Assembly: GCF_001194135.2 (NCBI RefSeq)
Contig: NC_068984.1
Span: 132,582,256-132,646,255, forward strand
Length of the DNA stretch: 64,000 nt
Direction of reading: 5' to 3'
Origin: Octopus bimaculoides
Lineage: Eukaryota
Of this stretch, positions 37,561-50,800 are shown one piece after another. A model generated the notes under the pieces. The model searched no databases, was not told where the DNA came from, and saw nothing but the letters and a program-made list of their open reading frames with translations. Each line of letters begins with the position of its first letter. Position 1 is the stretch's first letter. The translations under genes were made by a program, and so were the position numbers.

Positions 37561-37650
37561 TGGTGTCTGCTTGTTGATAAAAGTTTGTCGAAGTGACTAC
37601 GACAGCTAAGTTTATTATCTGAAACATACTTCAGTTGTCCTCTCTCTAAG

Positions 37651-38018
37651 GGAGGCGCAACGGTCCAATGGTTAGAGCAGCGGACTCGTGGTCATAGGAT
37701 CGCGGTTTCGATTCCCAGACCGGGCGTTGTGAGTGTTTATTGAACGAAAACACCTAAAAGCTCCACGAGGCTTCGGCAGGGGATGGTGGTGAACCCTCAC
37801 AACTTTCTCTCACTCTTACTTCCTGTTTCTGTTGTGCCTGTAATTCAAAGGGCCAGCCTTGTCACACTGTGTCACGCTGAATATACCCGAGAACTACGTT
37901 AAGGGTACACGTGTCTGTGGAGTGCTCAACCACTTGCACGTTAATTTCACGGGCAGGCTGTTCCGTTGATCGGATCAACTGGAACCCTCGTCGTCGTAAG
38001 CGACGGAGTGCCAACAAC
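37651..38018 (+). mobile_element. tRNA-derived SINE family A, full length, young
   Basis: A-box/B-box head ggaggcgcaacggtccaatggttagagcagcggactc..gtttcgattccc; (caa)n end; TSD ctctctctaa on both sides. Confidence 0.92.
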
Positions 38019-38590
38019 CTCTCTCTAAACTGAATGAAAGTAATTTTCTTATCTGTATTACAAATGTATTTCGTAGAAAGTTAAGGAATTATCTTCGGTC
38101 TGTGTTATTTATTCACTTTTCTTCGAACATTCTTTATCCTAGTTTCTTTGGAAAACCATTTACTTTCTTATTAATGACTTAATTGCGGTATCCTATAATA
38201 TTTTCACTTTCTTTTACATTATTTTCCTACTTCATTTCTGCCACTTTATTAGTATGTGCTATGGACTGAACCGTGAAGTCAAATCGGACAACCTGTGGCC
38301 TCCGTCAAACATCTGCCTGCGTACACAAAGTTTTCCTAGTCTTTAATAAAGAGCAGTCTATTTATTGTCATCCTCTGAGATTCACTTTTTCCCCGTCATA
38401 AATCATTGAACTTGTTACCTATTTAAGCTAGATAGACTCGGCTGATTTGAAAGTTGTGAAAAAAGTCACTGACACCACAAATAACAAGACATTAATCGCC
38501 GACCTCTCGACTGGATGTCTGATGAGCTACTTGTGTTCCCTCTCCATCCGATAGGTTTCTGCATAGTTTCCATTTAACAANNNNNNNNNN

Positions 38591-38687
38591 TAACCTTAAC
38601 CCCCTAACCGTAACTGTAACCGTAACCCTAAACCCTAACACTAACCCTAAAACCCTAACCCTGACCCTAAAACCCTAACCCTAACAC
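38591..38687. repeat. Degenerate (TAACCC)n telomere-like array next to a 10-N gap
   Basis: taaccgtaaccctaaaccctaacactaaccctaaaaccctaaccctgaccc...; short perfect array also at ~9571-9594. Confidence 0.85.
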
Positions 38688-39525
38688 CCTGGTGAAGATC
38701 GTGCGGGTGTTAATATGAAAAATTACCGATTTTTTTTTCTTGTTTTTTCATACAGCAGAAATTATTCTGAGAAAAAAAAATTTTTCAAAAAAACTTCATT
38801 CCTTTACATTTTGCTCCCTTCTTCTGTATCCTTCTACCCGATTGTAAGCCAAAATCTGCTGGAGTTGCTTGTTTCTGGATAAAACCCCTTAATCCACATT
38901 ACCTCAGTTCAACAAACTATCATTAACAGGTATCAAATCATTTAGTATATTTCACCATAATAGACCAGTACTCTATCCAGGAGAACATCCATCTCAGCTA
39001 CTTAACCATGAAATTAGGACTTTGTACTGGTTTTAAAACTCTCTTAGGGTTTTGAAAGTACTTGATTTCCTCTTTTTTCTCTTTCATTATAAACTTTTCT
39101 TTCTTGATGGAACAAGATATTTTTCGTTCTTATTTAGGATAGAGAAAAGTGTTTGAGATGCTTAACTTTATGTTTTGCTAACAAACTTTTTGACTAAGTA
39201 AATTATGACTTTCATTCTTTACCTCTTTCTTGTGAATGTTTTTAGCAACACTTTACAAAGTTAAAATAAATGATTCACTAAATAAGTCGTTCTCATAACA
39301 ACAACTATCAGCCTCACCACCACCAACTATTAGTAAGAAATGAAAATACAATTTGAATCCTTATTATTCTTTCTTTTTCATGTTGTACAAGTTTAAAAGT
39401 GTAACAGGCAGTCTTTTTATGTCTGTTGGAATATAATTTATTTGTTACATAAATAGGAAAGGTGTTCATGCAATACAATTAATGGAAACAATAAAATGAA
39501 ACAACATAAGATGGTAAATAATTTC

Positions 39526-39930
39526 ATGGGCGTCTGCCCGTGATATTATTAACCATCTTACTAACAATAACTCTGAGCACCTTTTCCAACTCCACCTGTC
39601 TAACACCCGTGGACATGTTTACAAAGTCAGAAAACAGCACAGCTCCCATGACTTTCGGAAACACTTTTTCATGCTAAGAGTTGCTGAAGTATGGAACAAA
39701 CTGCCGGCATCAGTTGTTAGTTATCGGAGCACTGCATCCTTCAAAACTTCCATGCTTCCTGAGATTCGCTGACACTACACCTGATGTTCTCCCCTCCATA
39801 CACACGCAAGCATGTATCTGACTCATACACAGTTCACTTTCCAGACATTTGTACAATACTGCATATGCTTTATACACACTTTTGACAAGTTGTAGTGCAC
39901 CTGAGCACTGTATACAATAATTTCATTATT
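39526..39930 (+). mobile_element. CR1-clade LINE 3' end
   Basis: NTRGHVYKVRKQHSSHDFRKHFFMLRVAEVWNKLPASVV..ASFK, the typical CR1 ORF2 C-terminus, followed by 3'UTR and a short (att)n tail. Confidence 0.85.
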
Positions 39931-40066
39931 ATAATATGACACGTAGGGAATGTCTCTGCAAGCAACTCAATACAAAGGCAAGTATATCAACTAAATATTC
40001 AAGTGCCATGACATGTCTTCTTCAATTATCCTAGACTGAATACGCAGCTGTGAAAATAGCTATTAG

Positions 40067-41105
40067 GATGCCGTAACACAACTGAACTCTAAACATTCTG
40101 AATTGGCAAGAGTGGAGAACCTGGTGGCTTGGACATCTCAATGCTCTGCAAAATTGGCAGCTAATTTGACTGTATTTAGAGGTTGTGTTCACAGAAAGTT
40201 CTTGGTAGGCCACTGAACTATCATGTGAACAATGGCTGTTCATTGAATATTATCTCAATTGCACACATGCTGAAACTATAACTGAACTGTGGCTTGAAAT
40301 TCGTATGTGGCAAAACACAGGATCAAATCTAACACTACAAAAATGTAAACCATCTTTTCCAATCCTTACAGACCTCCCACTATGAGAGGCACTGCACTAA
40401 AGTACTTCCAAGGAAAGACTGCCTTCCAGAAAAGTAAACCCTTACTAATCTCTCTTAGAATGGTCTCAGTTCCTAAAATTACCAGACCAATGCTACTCCA
40501 CCACATTTACTCCCCACCTCCTCATCACTTCAGCTGTATGATCATCCAGCAGCCTTTCATTTGTGTGTTAAACAATTTGCCCTATCCCTTATTTCCAGAG
40601 CTCATTTCTTCTGGAGCACTATTTCTATCTCAATACTGTTCTAGCCGGTATATCCTCATTATCATCCATTTCACACTGGCATGGGTTAGACAGTTTGACA
40701 AGGATCTGATAAGTTGAAGGGATGCTTCGTGCTCCACTGTCTGCTTTGGCATGGTTTCTTCAGCCAGATGCCCTCCTAATACCAACCATTTCACCATGTG
40801 TACTGGGTGCGTTTCATGTGCCACTACCACTAGTAAAGTCAGCATGCAGCTTCCAAATCTTGTAGAGGATTTACATGGCTGCTCACAGTTAGAGGAGAGA
40901 ATGAGTATATGTTGTGTATATTTACTAGTATCTTGATTTTTCAGGTTTTCCATGAAGTAATAATAAATAATTCATAAAAGCGTTCTTTCTTTGTAGAATA
41001 TTGGTAAATTACAGCTCAGAGTTGGAAAATAACAATATTGAAATTAACGATGCTTCTTCTTTGGAAACTATGTCAAACATTGATTTGGATAGATATCTCA
41101 CCTAA
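40067..41105 (+). CDS. Putative unidentified gene, last three coding exons (102 aa C-terminal part)
   Basis: join(40067..40204,40372..40433,40997..41105), GT-AG, phases 0/0, 0/2, 2/stop. Translation DAVTQLNSKHSELARVENLVAWTSQCSAKLAANLTVFRGCVHRKFLTSHYERHCTKVLPRKDCLPEKILVNYSSELENNNIEINDASSLETMSNIDLDRYLT*. AATAAA about 175 nt downstream. 5' exons not found. Confidence 0.5.
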
Positions 41106-41606
41106 AGTGTATTTTCATCCATATTATTGTGACTGAGGATTATTTTATATTGTTATTCAGTATTTGCCTAAAAGCAAAAACCTGAAAACCATGTTAACAT
41201 TTTTATAAGATAATATTGGTTTGAATTTTTCATTATCTTTTAAAAATCTGACTTTTGTAAACTAAATTACTTTATCGAAATAAAGCAAATAAATTTCTCC
41301 AGAGTTTTATATTTATTTGGTGTTACACTGAAAATTTATGTCTGTATATTTTTAAATGCATGTCATCAAGTTTGTGTGATTCAAGGAGAACAATGTATAT
41401 TTACCAGTATCTAGATACCGTTTCAACCTTACATTCCTTTAACAGTTATAATGATGTTGTGTTTACTCATGATACTTGTGTGAACTGAGTCACTTAGTTA
41501 AGTGTTTTGGACACGAGATATAGATCATCAGCTGGTTCAACAAAACAATATTGACTCTGAGGCTGTGGCTCTATACATCTAACATTAGTTTCATATAAAT
41601 GCATAT

Positions 41607-41985
41607 CATCATCATTTAACGTCTGTTGTCCATGCTGGCATGGGTTGGACAGTGTGACCAAAGCTGGAGAGCTGCACTAGACTCCAGTCTGATTTGGCAT
41701 GGTTTCTACAGCTGGATGCCCTTCCTAATGCCAACCACTTTACGGAGTGTACTGGGTGCTTTTACATGGCTCTGCCACAAGTGCTTTACACCTACTTCTG
41801 CTGTAGGGGTATGGGTCTTCTTGAGTATGGCCAGGTGCCAGGTATCTCGGTCCTTTGTCATCTTGTTTGAAAGGTTCAGCATCCTGAGATCGTTCTTCAG
41901 TACTTCATCCCATGTCTTCCTGGGTCTCCCACTTCTACGTGTTCCATCCACTTTGAGAAATCAGCACTTCTTTATTGAGCTATCC
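41607..41985 (-). mobile_element. RTE LINE 3' end joined to the common (GAT)n-tailed repeat
   Basis: DGTRRSGRPRKTWDEVLKNDLRML...RDTWHLAILKKT followed directly by gtaaaagcacccagtacac...gatgatgat. Confidence 0.85.
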
Positions 41986-43029
41986 ACAACACACCATATT
42001 TTAGCTAGAACACAGTGATATATTTAAATAAGTCAACTTTACCTTCTGACAATAGCCAACCCACACTTGAAGTATTTTGCTATAAGATATTTGGTATGTT
42101 AAAACTAAAACTACAGGAAAACACAAAATAAGTTCGTCTGAGGAATAGAATTACTTAGTAAAGTTATGAAAATTAAAGGATGTTGTAATGTTAATGTGAC
42201 ATATTCACTTATGTATAAGTTGTGATTTTTTTTGCTGACAACTTCAATGAAAAAAAATATGAAAAAATTGAGGGATGCAAGAAATTACATCAGTACATCA
42301 TGTGGATTTATAAAAGCTTTGTGTCAATTTTTCTGATCAAAGTATGGAGTGTGACTGATGCACAATAACTACAGATGAATGGTAGGTATTGAAGTTGAGA
42401 TACTGACTAATTGACTGGCGTTTAGCTGCTGAGTGACATCATATCTAATGAACTAGCTTACTGGTACTTGTGCACAAACTGAAATTTTACAGAATAACAA
42501 AACATTGATATTAACCCTAATTGTGTATATAGAGAGCTTTCATATCATATTAATGCTGATGGAGTAATCAGGTGAAGAGAGAGAGTACTGCGTAAATGAC
42601 AGTGCTGGCTGAAAGGTAATGTTTCTTTTTGACTCCGTGTGTGTTGTGCTTAAGAACATGTTTATATTCTTGAATGTGATAAAGTGTAGAATTAGATTAT
42701 TATCCTGCTTCCAGCTTCAGTGTTGCTGCCAAGATTTGAAAAATAGGGCACATTTCCCCCACTTATTTTGTGATTTAGGGGGGATTTTTGAAAAACAAGG
42801 GGGAATTTGCAGCGCTGTTCAGTGAACAAATTAAGCACACTACCAAGCAGTGGTTAAAATGCGAACCAATCAAGTTTATGCATAAATTTTCTTTTTATAT
42901 GTTTGTTTCCTTTTACACAATATTAAAACAACGGCTAAGAATTTTCTGAAGCAGTGCCCCCACTAATTTTATCTACGAGCTACCAATGCTGATATATGAA
43001 GTTAGACCTTCTCAACAATGAATGATAGT

Positions 43030-43720
43030 GACCTCGTTATCAGAGCTAGTTTTTTTAATGACATGTTAGGTAACACCATCATGGTTTCTCCAGCAAACAT
43101 GGAGGTTATGGATATGGTGCAAGGAATGAAAAGAGGATAAAGGTTCTTTGAATTTTGTAATGTAAATGACCCAAACATTTGCAACACTAACTTCAGGAAA
43201 GCAACTAGTGATCTGACCAGGCAAACATGCAAGCCAAATTGACTTACCAGGATACAGGATAAACAGATGATTGTGAATTAAGTTTTTTACTGGTGAAGAA
43301 TGTACCACTCAATTTAGACTATTGAATAAAACAAACTGCTGAACCCAGAGACACAAGACAATTCAGAGAAAGAAAATGTGAAAGTTAAAAGATCCCTTTC
43401 AAGTGATAAAACATGTCAAGAGTGAGAAAAGACACAAATTTATAACATGGAGGACAACTAAAAATTTATGAGAGACCGCTTGCTGTGAGCTGTAAACCAG
43501 ATTTATGGTTGAAGCAAGGTTCCAACCAAATAAAAAGAGATATGGTGGTGGAATGGTAGAGAAAATAGAGCTATTAAAAGCTAAAAGGCTTAGAATGATT
43601 GGAAGAAAGTGGGAAATAGGAAACAATATTAAGTAGCAAGAAGTGAACTACAAATTGTACATTGTAAGATAGAGAGAGGCTGAAAGTGAGAGGCTCGCCA
43701 ACATTCTGTTACAAGAGGAT
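43030..43720 (+). mobile_element. Decayed RTE LINE endonuclease/linker region
   Basis: Fragments HGGYGYGARNE, FEFCN..CNTNFRK, SQID, VFTGEECTTQFRL and WWWN-like, with many stops and indels. Confidence 0.75.
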
Positions 43721-44739
43721 CAAAAGCATGAGTTGTTCTAGATTACAAAACAATGTAAATCAAGATGTCATTCTGGTACAATGTGCTTACAGGTAGGCAT
43801 GCATCAAGATCCGGGTCTCAGTCCCTCCAATTTATTATAGATTTCTAGGTCATATTATGGGTGTTTAAAACCCTTTAATGACCATGGGAACTCTTGTATG
43901 CCAATGCTCCTATTCTCTTAACTGAATCTGTTGAAGATTTTGAAAAGAAATTCTAAGCAAGAAGACAAAGTCTAGAATTGAGAGGCTTCAAAGTCATCAT
44001 CATTATTGATATCTGAGATTTTCGTGGAACAAAATGTCTGTATGCTTGTAAGAAAGTGAATTTTGTAAAATAATACAAAATGGTAAGAGCATCTTACCAA
44101 TCTACAGCTATTGCATTCTGTCAACAAGATGGCATGATTTTTTTTTTTCTTTTGTAAGAAAGTTCACGTTTGTGAGAGTGATTCCTCCAGCTCCCCCCAC
44201 CACCACCAGCCAAAAATAATTCTTTAAAATTTTGGTACAAAGCCAGTAATTTTAGGGAAGGGGCAAGTTGATTGTATTGGTCCCAGTACTTGACTGGCAA
44301 TTTATTTAGTGACCCCAAAAGGGCGAAAGGCAAAGTTGACCTCGGCAGTATTTGAAGTCAGAATATAAACAACCCGAAAAAAAAAAGCATTTTGTCCGAC
44401 GTGTTAATAGTTATACCTATTCGCCGCCTTAACCACCAAATAATAAATACTATTTATTTATTTATTTATGCTTATTCTACTCGAGTCAGGCTTATTAAAG
44501 TTGTTATGAAACGTTAAAAGATTGATTTTGGTATTACACAAGTTTAGAAAAGAAAAAAAATACGAAACTATAAAAGAAACACGTTTTGAGTTTACAAAAA
44601 GAACACTACGCTTGAGAAAAGTTAAGGTAGTTTAATTAACTGCTTTTCAGCCGATGAATCATTTGTATTATCTCTATGGCGCAACTTATCGTCTGCCTGT
44701 TGTTATCGAAGCAGACAAGTTTTTTATATTTTATAACGC

Positions 44740-44845
44740 ATGTTTTCATTGGATAACACTGTAAACATTAGCATAGTGATGACCAATTATAGAAGGTATT
44801 TCAGCAGAAATACGGCGTATCTTCGGAATGTTTCAAAATGGCGCT
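44740..44845 (+). promoter_or_regulatory. CCP110 promoter candidate
   Basis: ATTGG 44748-44752, CCAAT 44783-44787, TTCAAA (reverse CHR) and AAAATGGCG (YY1-like) overlapping the ATG. Confidence 0.4.
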
Positions 44846-44881
44846 TGCTGGGCAACATAACTTGTCTGATGAAGAAGAAAA
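44838..44881 (+). CDS. CCP110: CCP110 exon 1 (MALAGQHNLSDEEE)
   Basis: aaaATGgcg...gaa aa|gtacgt; phase 2 fits exon 2. Confidence 0.7.
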
Positions 44882-47800
44882 GTACGTTGAATCTTTGTTT
44901 AATTATCTTGTTTCCCTTTAAACTTCATGGGATAACTAACACACGAATAATACTCGTCTTAGTATAGTGATTTTTGTGTTAACGCTTACTAATCCTCATG
45001 TAACTAAGTTGTTTTCGTTCGTTTAATCATATCCAAACATGTTTTTGTGTTTCTTTTTTAAGTAATTTATTCTTTCATTTATATGTTTTGTTTTTCTTTG
45101 TTGTAGTTTTTGCTAAAGAGAGAAATTCTATAAATATTTGCACTATATCTATTCCGTGGTTAGTCTGTAGAAACTTTTCTTTTGCTAAAAAGTTAAAATT
45201 TAGGACACTTCCCTTCTCGCGTGTGTACGAAGGAAGGACCCAACAGCCTCTTAGTATGTGAGTGGTAGTTTTTAACCATTCAGGCTTAGCAGTTTTTAAA
45301 TCGCAAATTCCCAGGATGACTCGAAACTCTACACTAACAGTTGCTGAGTCGACAAAATGTTCTGAATACAAATCGTAAAATTAGTACAAAATAAAAAGAA
45401 ATCAACAAATGAATTTCATTAAAATTTATAGTGTTCTGTCTGCCATAAATTTCTAATAACATACGGTAGTATTGTTAAAGGTGTTTAGAAATATCGAGAT
45501 ATATCTTTTAATTCAGAGTTTATTTACGACATACTGTTGGCCAAATTTTTTATGAGATAGGACAAGTTTCCGAAATCCAAAATTGTAGAAGACCGACAGC
45601 TCTACATGGGTAACTATCGGAAAGCAGTTGCATCAGTTTAACATTTCAACCTGGCACTTAGATGTCTTTAGTACAGTCTACTTTAATACAAGTATTTGGA
45701 ACTGGTTTCCAGATTGAAGATAACCCAATATTTTGATGTGTTGCATGTATGCCGTAGTTTTTTTCCAAACCATGAAAAAGAAATATACATTACGAAAACA
45801 CACAAGACAAAAACTACCTAAGTGAAATGGCGAATCTGTAATAAATAAACCTGCAAAATTTAGTATCATTAAAACAAAATAAAATTCAGTTTTGAAATGT
45901 TGTGAAGAAGAAATTACGTTCATTTAAACAAAAGCAAATCGTAACTGAATTAGTCCCGGTCAATGTCTGAGAAAAAAGCAAAACAAAAAAAGGGTTTCAG
46001 AAGGACAAAGATACATTATATAAGACGAATGTTAGACTTTTCGTGTTTTATGGTATTTTTTAGCAAAATTCACCTATGAATAACTCCTTCACTTTGTTGC
46101 TAAAATAATGATTTTAAACATAGGTATAAGGCCACAAATTTGAGGAGGATACACTGAAATTGTTATAGAAGTGGTGTAGTCAATCGAATTAACTTTAATA
46201 GAACTCGTTTTGTAAATTTCTACCAATTTTTCCTTCTGAATACTACCAGGTGTAGTGTTTTATGTGAAGTTTGGGAGGAGGAGAGATAGTGGAGTTCAAG
46301 TAAAGAGAGTATGCAACTGCCTAATTTAGAATGTGCTAATAGCAGTGCCAAAGTAGACTGAGGTGTAATTGCACAGCTGTTATTGCAGAATGACTTGCTT
46401 AGATGAAAGCATATTGAGACGACAGTGGGAGACCTCTCTGGGTGTAGTTAGCAGCCAGCTTAAGTCTGAAATCTTCAAGCCTCACAGAATTGAGAGGATC
46501 TTTCTGAATTGGTGGACACCATTTGTTTTCTAACGAAACACTTTCAAACTTGGGACACTGGTAGAATGTGTCATATAAAACATCTTTTTACTCTTAGTGT
46601 TGTTGAGAAAACTTTACATTTTTAAAGTTATTTCATGCTAAATAAAAAATGGTGTCCACCAAATCAGAAAGATCCAATTGAGATAGTATTTGAAATACAT
46701 ATGTTGTATTGAAGGCTTAACGTAATGTTTCTCAACCATTTTTTTTCACTGTGGACCCCTTTGATTCCTATTTTACTTAAATGGACCCTCTTAGCCATTT
46801 TATGTTTAAAAAATCCTATTATATTTCTATGATTAAATATTATTGCCAGTACTGGCTGACTGGTCCTGTGCCAGTGGCACATAAAAAGTACCATTCTAGC
46901 GTTGTCGTTGCCAGTGCTACCTGACTGGCTCCTGTGCCGGTGGCACTTAAAAAGCGCCATTCAAGTGTGGTCGATGCCAGTACCACCTGACTGGCCCTCG
47001 TGCTGGTGGCACATAAAAAGCACTCTCTACACTCTCAGAGTGATTGACATTAAGAAGGGCATCCAGCTGTAGAAACTTTGCCTGATCAGATTGGAGCCTG
47101 GTGCAGCCTCCTGGCTTTCCAAACCTCAGTCAAACCTATGCCAGCATGGAAAGCAGACGTTAAACGATGATGATTATTAGGAATTGTATTTTTTTAAATT
47201 GTTAAAATATATTGTGAATTGTAGAAGTATAACAAATTTATTACACACAAATTTTAACAAAATCTTTTATAGACCCTCAAGGGCCATATGGTTGAAAACC
47301 ATTGGCTTAACTAATCCAAATCAGTATGGGACAAATGACTAAGATAGCGACATTGACAATGGTGATGGGGATACAATCATCATCATCATCATCGTTTAAC
47401 GTCCGTTTTCCCTGCTGGCATGGGTTAGACAGTTTGACTGAAGGACTGTCAATGTTTCTACAGCTGGATGCCCTTCCTAAAGCCAGCCACTCTGTAGTGG
47501 GTGCTTTTTACATGCCACCGGCACGACCCACGCATAAATGGTGCTTATTGCGTGCCACCAGCACTGGTATCAGTCACAACTACAATTTCAATATAAATTG
47601 AAGTCTATTTTATCTACTGTTCTAACTTAATAGCATGTGACATTTTGTTTCCTTCTCTTTTGTTAATCTCAATTCTCTTGTACTCTTATATTTCAGCCAA
47701 AACAAATATTTTGATTTACTCTCTCAAATACCCCAGCTACTGACCCAAATTGAAGAGCATGTTCTTTCTCCCACCGATCCAAGTGAAAGTGTTAGTTACA

Positions 47801-50800
47801 GCTCTAATCCATCCAATTCTAAGCCTTATGTTTCCTGTATAAAGATTAATGGTGTACCAATCTTGCCTCCAATTGTAAGTACAAGAAACTTGAAATTATA
47901 TTTATATACTAGCTGGCCCTGTGCTGTCAAAAATGACAGCTAATTGTAGTATTTTATATATAAATAAGGTACATAATCACAGATACAAACATTCACACAC
48001 TTCCCTTGTACATGCACACACACATATACTCACAGAGTTGAAACACTGTTTGATTTTTCTTTTCAGCATTGAAAGTTCACCATCCCACTTCCATTGCACA
48101 CATGCACACACATTCACATGACTCCCTTTTATATACACACATATATACTCATGCAGAGTTGAAATGCTGTTTGATTTTTTTTTTTTTACCATTGAACTTC
48201 CATCAACCCACTACCAAGTTTGCTATCACCCCTCCCTTCTTTATTCATCTATACCCCCTTCGTTTCCCATTCATATATTGTGACGGAGAAATACACAAAA
48301 GTTATTATTATAGTAGAAGATATGGATGGTAAATCAAATTAATACACTTGTCAGTGTTCACATACATTCACATACCTCCCTTGTATATGCACACACGTAC
48401 ATATACTCACACATAGTTGAAATGCTATTTGATTTTTTTTTTCAGCATTGAATGTTCAACCATCCTATTTCCATTGCACACACAGACACACACACATTCA
48501 CTTGATGGATGAAGTGACACAAGATCAACAAAAGTAGCAGCCTGACCTATACAAATGAAAATCGTTTTCATATATTCACATTTTATATATTCCATGTTTC
48601 GCCTCTTCCACTAGAACTAATATTTCATCATTGAGCCATATCATCATCATTTAACATGTTTTCCATGCTGGCATGGGTTGGATGGTTTAACGGGATCTAG
48701 TGAGCTGCGGGGCTGCATCAAGCTCAAATGTCAGCTTTGGCATGTTTTCTACAGCTGGATGCCCTCCCCAATGCCAGCCACTTTACAGTAAGTACTGGGT
48801 GCTTTAAGTATACTTGTATATGTATGCTTTTGTATCTATACATCTTGTTTTCAAATTGAGAGTACAAGTATTTAAGGTCATAACTACTAGAATAGCAAAG
48901 TGGAGTTGGACTTGACTGTAAAGGTATTAGACTTCTAATTACATGATTTGTCTTCCAAAGCTTGATGATGCTGAAAGAGAAGAAATGAGACAATACAGAG
49001 ATGAAGCTGTCAGACGGATGCAACAACGTAACCAAAGAAAACGGACATTGACAGATACTTCTGCTTCTGTAAGTAAATTATTTTTAGTATTTATAACAGA
49101 ATTTTCCTTGTATTCAAATTTTTAATTCTTTGTTGGGATGGATAAAGCCTAACATATTGCATGAATCTCTATATTGTAAGTGTTTGGGCTGGACATTGTT
49201 CTCACCAGTCTATGAGAGTCCAAAAAAGTTGTGCACACTGCCTTTCTTTTAATTAACTTACTAAAGGAAAATAGCCTGGTAGATTTATGCATATGGCTGG
49301 AGCAGCTAAATAACTGTTACCTCAAATTATCTTCTGTAATTTGTTATCCAATGAAGGCACATGGCTCAGTGGTTAGAGCATTGGGCTCACAATCATGAGG
49401 TAATGAGATCAATTCTCAGACCAAGCTGTGTGTTGTGTTCTTGAGCAAGACACTTTATTTCATGTTGCTCTAATTCACTCAGCTGTAGAAATGAGTTGTA
49501 ATGTCGCTGGTGCCAAGCTGTATCAGCATTTGCCTTTCCCTTGGATAGCATCGGTGGTGTGAAGAGAGGAGGTTGGTATGCACGGGCAACTGCTGGTCTT
49601 CCATAAACAACCTTGCCCAGACTTGTGCCTCAGAGGGGAACTTTCTAGGTGCAATCCCATGGTCATTCATGTCCAAAGGGGGTCTTGACCCTTTTAGTTG
49701 CCATCCATATTTTCAGCTATTTTATCAATTGAAGCAAATAAATGTATGTGATATGATTTAAGATGCTAATCATGGATTAACAATATATTTTTAGATTATC
49801 ACCATCTTATCCAGCCAGCACTCCAAATTTCTTTTATTTTGTTGTATAATCTATTATAACTCTGCATTATTTCTTATTGTAATTTATGAATTCATAAGCA
49901 AAATCATCACATTTCAGATTAACTCTTCTACTGTTGCTGAGAACATTTCAAATCCTCTTCTGGAACAAGACAGAACTGCACCATTTCATGACAATATAAC
50001 AATACCTGGGTGTATACCTGAAGAAGACAAATCTTCAGACAATCTTCCACAGTCTTCATCCCCAGAAGAAGAACTTGTTCCCCAACTTTCACATGAACTA
50101 ATCCCTCCAAAAGATGAAATCTCTTTTCAGGACAATAGAGGACAGACAAATCTAAATTCACCTACAGAGAACAGAGAAGAGACAAATTTAAGCTCACCTT
50201 CACTCAGATTAAAATATTGTGACAATTTACTGATTACCAGCTCTCTTTCTGACTTGGGCTCCTTAGAAGAAGGTTCATTACCCACCGAAATGAATGGTAT
50301 GCCCCTAACTTCCCGATGTGAGCAACAAATTACTAAAGATCTTTCAACTCTTATCAAACATTTACCTGACAACTGTAGTTCTGACAATTCTGACTTTAGT
50401 GATTTCGTTTCTGCTTCCAACTTCGATTTAATCTGTGAGTCTCCTGAGCTTGATAAGGAAATTCCTCCTGTCACTAAATCAGCTTCAGATGAACCAGTAA
50501 TCTGTTCCTTTCTTTCCAATATGAAACCAAACACAAGTGATTCCCCTCTCCATTTACCAAATGATACATCCCAAAATGTTCTGAGGGCTCCTATATTTCT
50601 CACGGATGAAAATGGTTTGGAATTGCACGCATTGCCAGCTGAAAGCCAAAGTTCGATGCAAATTAGTGTTAATGAGGGGCAAGGATGGATCATGACCTCT
50701 CCTTTGATTGCTTATGTCACCAAGAAACGACCTGAAACAGTAGGCATGTCTTCCAATTCATCTCAAAAGCCCATTAAAATCCAACAGGCAGGTAACGCCA

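Noticed and set aside
38518-38560. CTGATGA motifs elsewhere (also 22542 and 44866) as hammerheads
   Set aside because: No stem II plus GAAA arrangement; 44866 is CCP110 coding sequence
38826-38834. Second GTATCCTT U12-like donor
   Set aside because: Lies in a pyrimidine tract; the upstream exon would be low-complexity and no clear branch-site partner was found
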